The position numbers and the translations under genes are program-made. A DNA stretch of 64,000 nt, from positions 145,528,509 through 145,592,508 of the forward strand of contig NC_068983.1 of the NCBI RefSeq assembly GCF_001194135.2, read 5' to 3'. The notes under the pieces were generated by a model. The model did not search any database, had not been told where the DNA came from, and saw only the letters and a program-made list of their open reading frames with translations. Each line of letters begins with the position of its first letter. The stretch's first letter is position 1. This document shows positions 63,293 through 64,000 of the stretch, piece after piece. This DNA comes from Octopus bimaculoides (Eukaryota).

Positions 63293-63510
63293 AGATGAGA
63301 ATGTGTATCTGTCTGTGTGAATCCCTAAAACTCAAAAACTACACAACCGATTTCATTCAAATTTTACACGCCTTACTTAGGGTCCATGCAGTGTCATGGG
63401 CCAAACAAATTTTCGTCTTCTTCCGTAATGTGAGCCTAGAGCAACCTCTTTTACACTATTTCAGTATTACGTGTCAAAAGTGAAACAATAATATCTCTCT
63501 ATAGTAATGT
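63285..63510 (+). mobile_element. Probable non-autonomous Helitron-like 5' end
   Basis: taaagatgagaatgtgtatctgtctgtgtg...aactacacaaccgatttcattcaaatt resembles HINE/Helitron-N 5' architecture (microsatellite then caaccgattt motif). Confidence 0.4.
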
Positions 63511-63572
63511 GACATACTTTCAGTTTAATAGTTTTACTATAAATACTGAAACTATTATCTCACATATATACA

Positions 63573-63632
<60 letters not shown>

Positions 63633-63713
63633 GTGTGTGTGTATATATATATGTATATACATATAGATGTATATGTATAGATGTATGTATATATATTTAT
63701 ATATAGATGTATA

Positions 63714-63747
<34 letters not shown>

Positions 63748-63808
63748 GGTATGTAATATGTACACATGCATACATATATTTATACGTATATATACATATA
63801 CATACAAT

Positions 63809-63844
<36 letters not shown>

Positions 63845-63851
<7 letters not shown>

Positions 63852-64000
63852 GGTGTGGCTGTGGTAAGAAAGTTGGTTCCAAAGCACATGGTCCTGGGTT
63901 CAGTCCCACTGTGTGGTAACTTTGCATGTGTCTTCTGCTATCGCCTCAGACCATCCAAATCCTTGTGAGTGGATTTGGTAGACAGAAACTGAAAGAAATC
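63845..64000 (+). mobile_element. SINE family B head
   Basis: gcaggtgtggctgtggtaagaaag...gggttcagtcccactg...ccttgtgagtggatttggtagacagaaactgaaagaa. Confidence 0.85.

Overview
AT-rich, microsatellite- and transposon-dense eukaryotic DNA from a gapped draft assembly. The tRNA-derived SINE families and repeat landscape look like octopus (inferred from recall of OK/OR-type SINEs, not verified). Most of the window is intron or intergenic sequence filled with three SINE families, MITEs (Tc1/mariner, hAT, piggyBac, foldback, Helentron-like) and decayed LINEs (CR1/L2 group, RTE, Tx1/L1, Dong/R4). Most computed ORFs are microsatellite or N-gap artefacts. Probable host coding sequence is mainly on the minus strand. 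(i) A multi-exon, highly divergent carbohydrate-sulfotransferase-like gene (~14.1-18.5 kb, possibly to 22.2 kb) has an Asp at the PAPS-binding Ser position, a 60-nt stop-containing intron and a candidate 9-nt microexon. (ii) A 1.14-kb exon (28.4-29.5 kb) encodes an uncharacterised domain duplicated at an exact 140-aa spacing plus a diverged third unit. (iii) An orphan terminal exon lies at 57.7-57.9 kb next to a possible bidirectional promoter at ~59.1 kb. Notable mobile-element structures are an ORF1-only (HAL1-like) retroelement splitting a SINE, an RTE LINE with a twin-priming-type 5' inversion, and a Helentron-like element enclosing a Gypsy integrase fragment. All family assignments come from visual motif recognition; no database searches were run.
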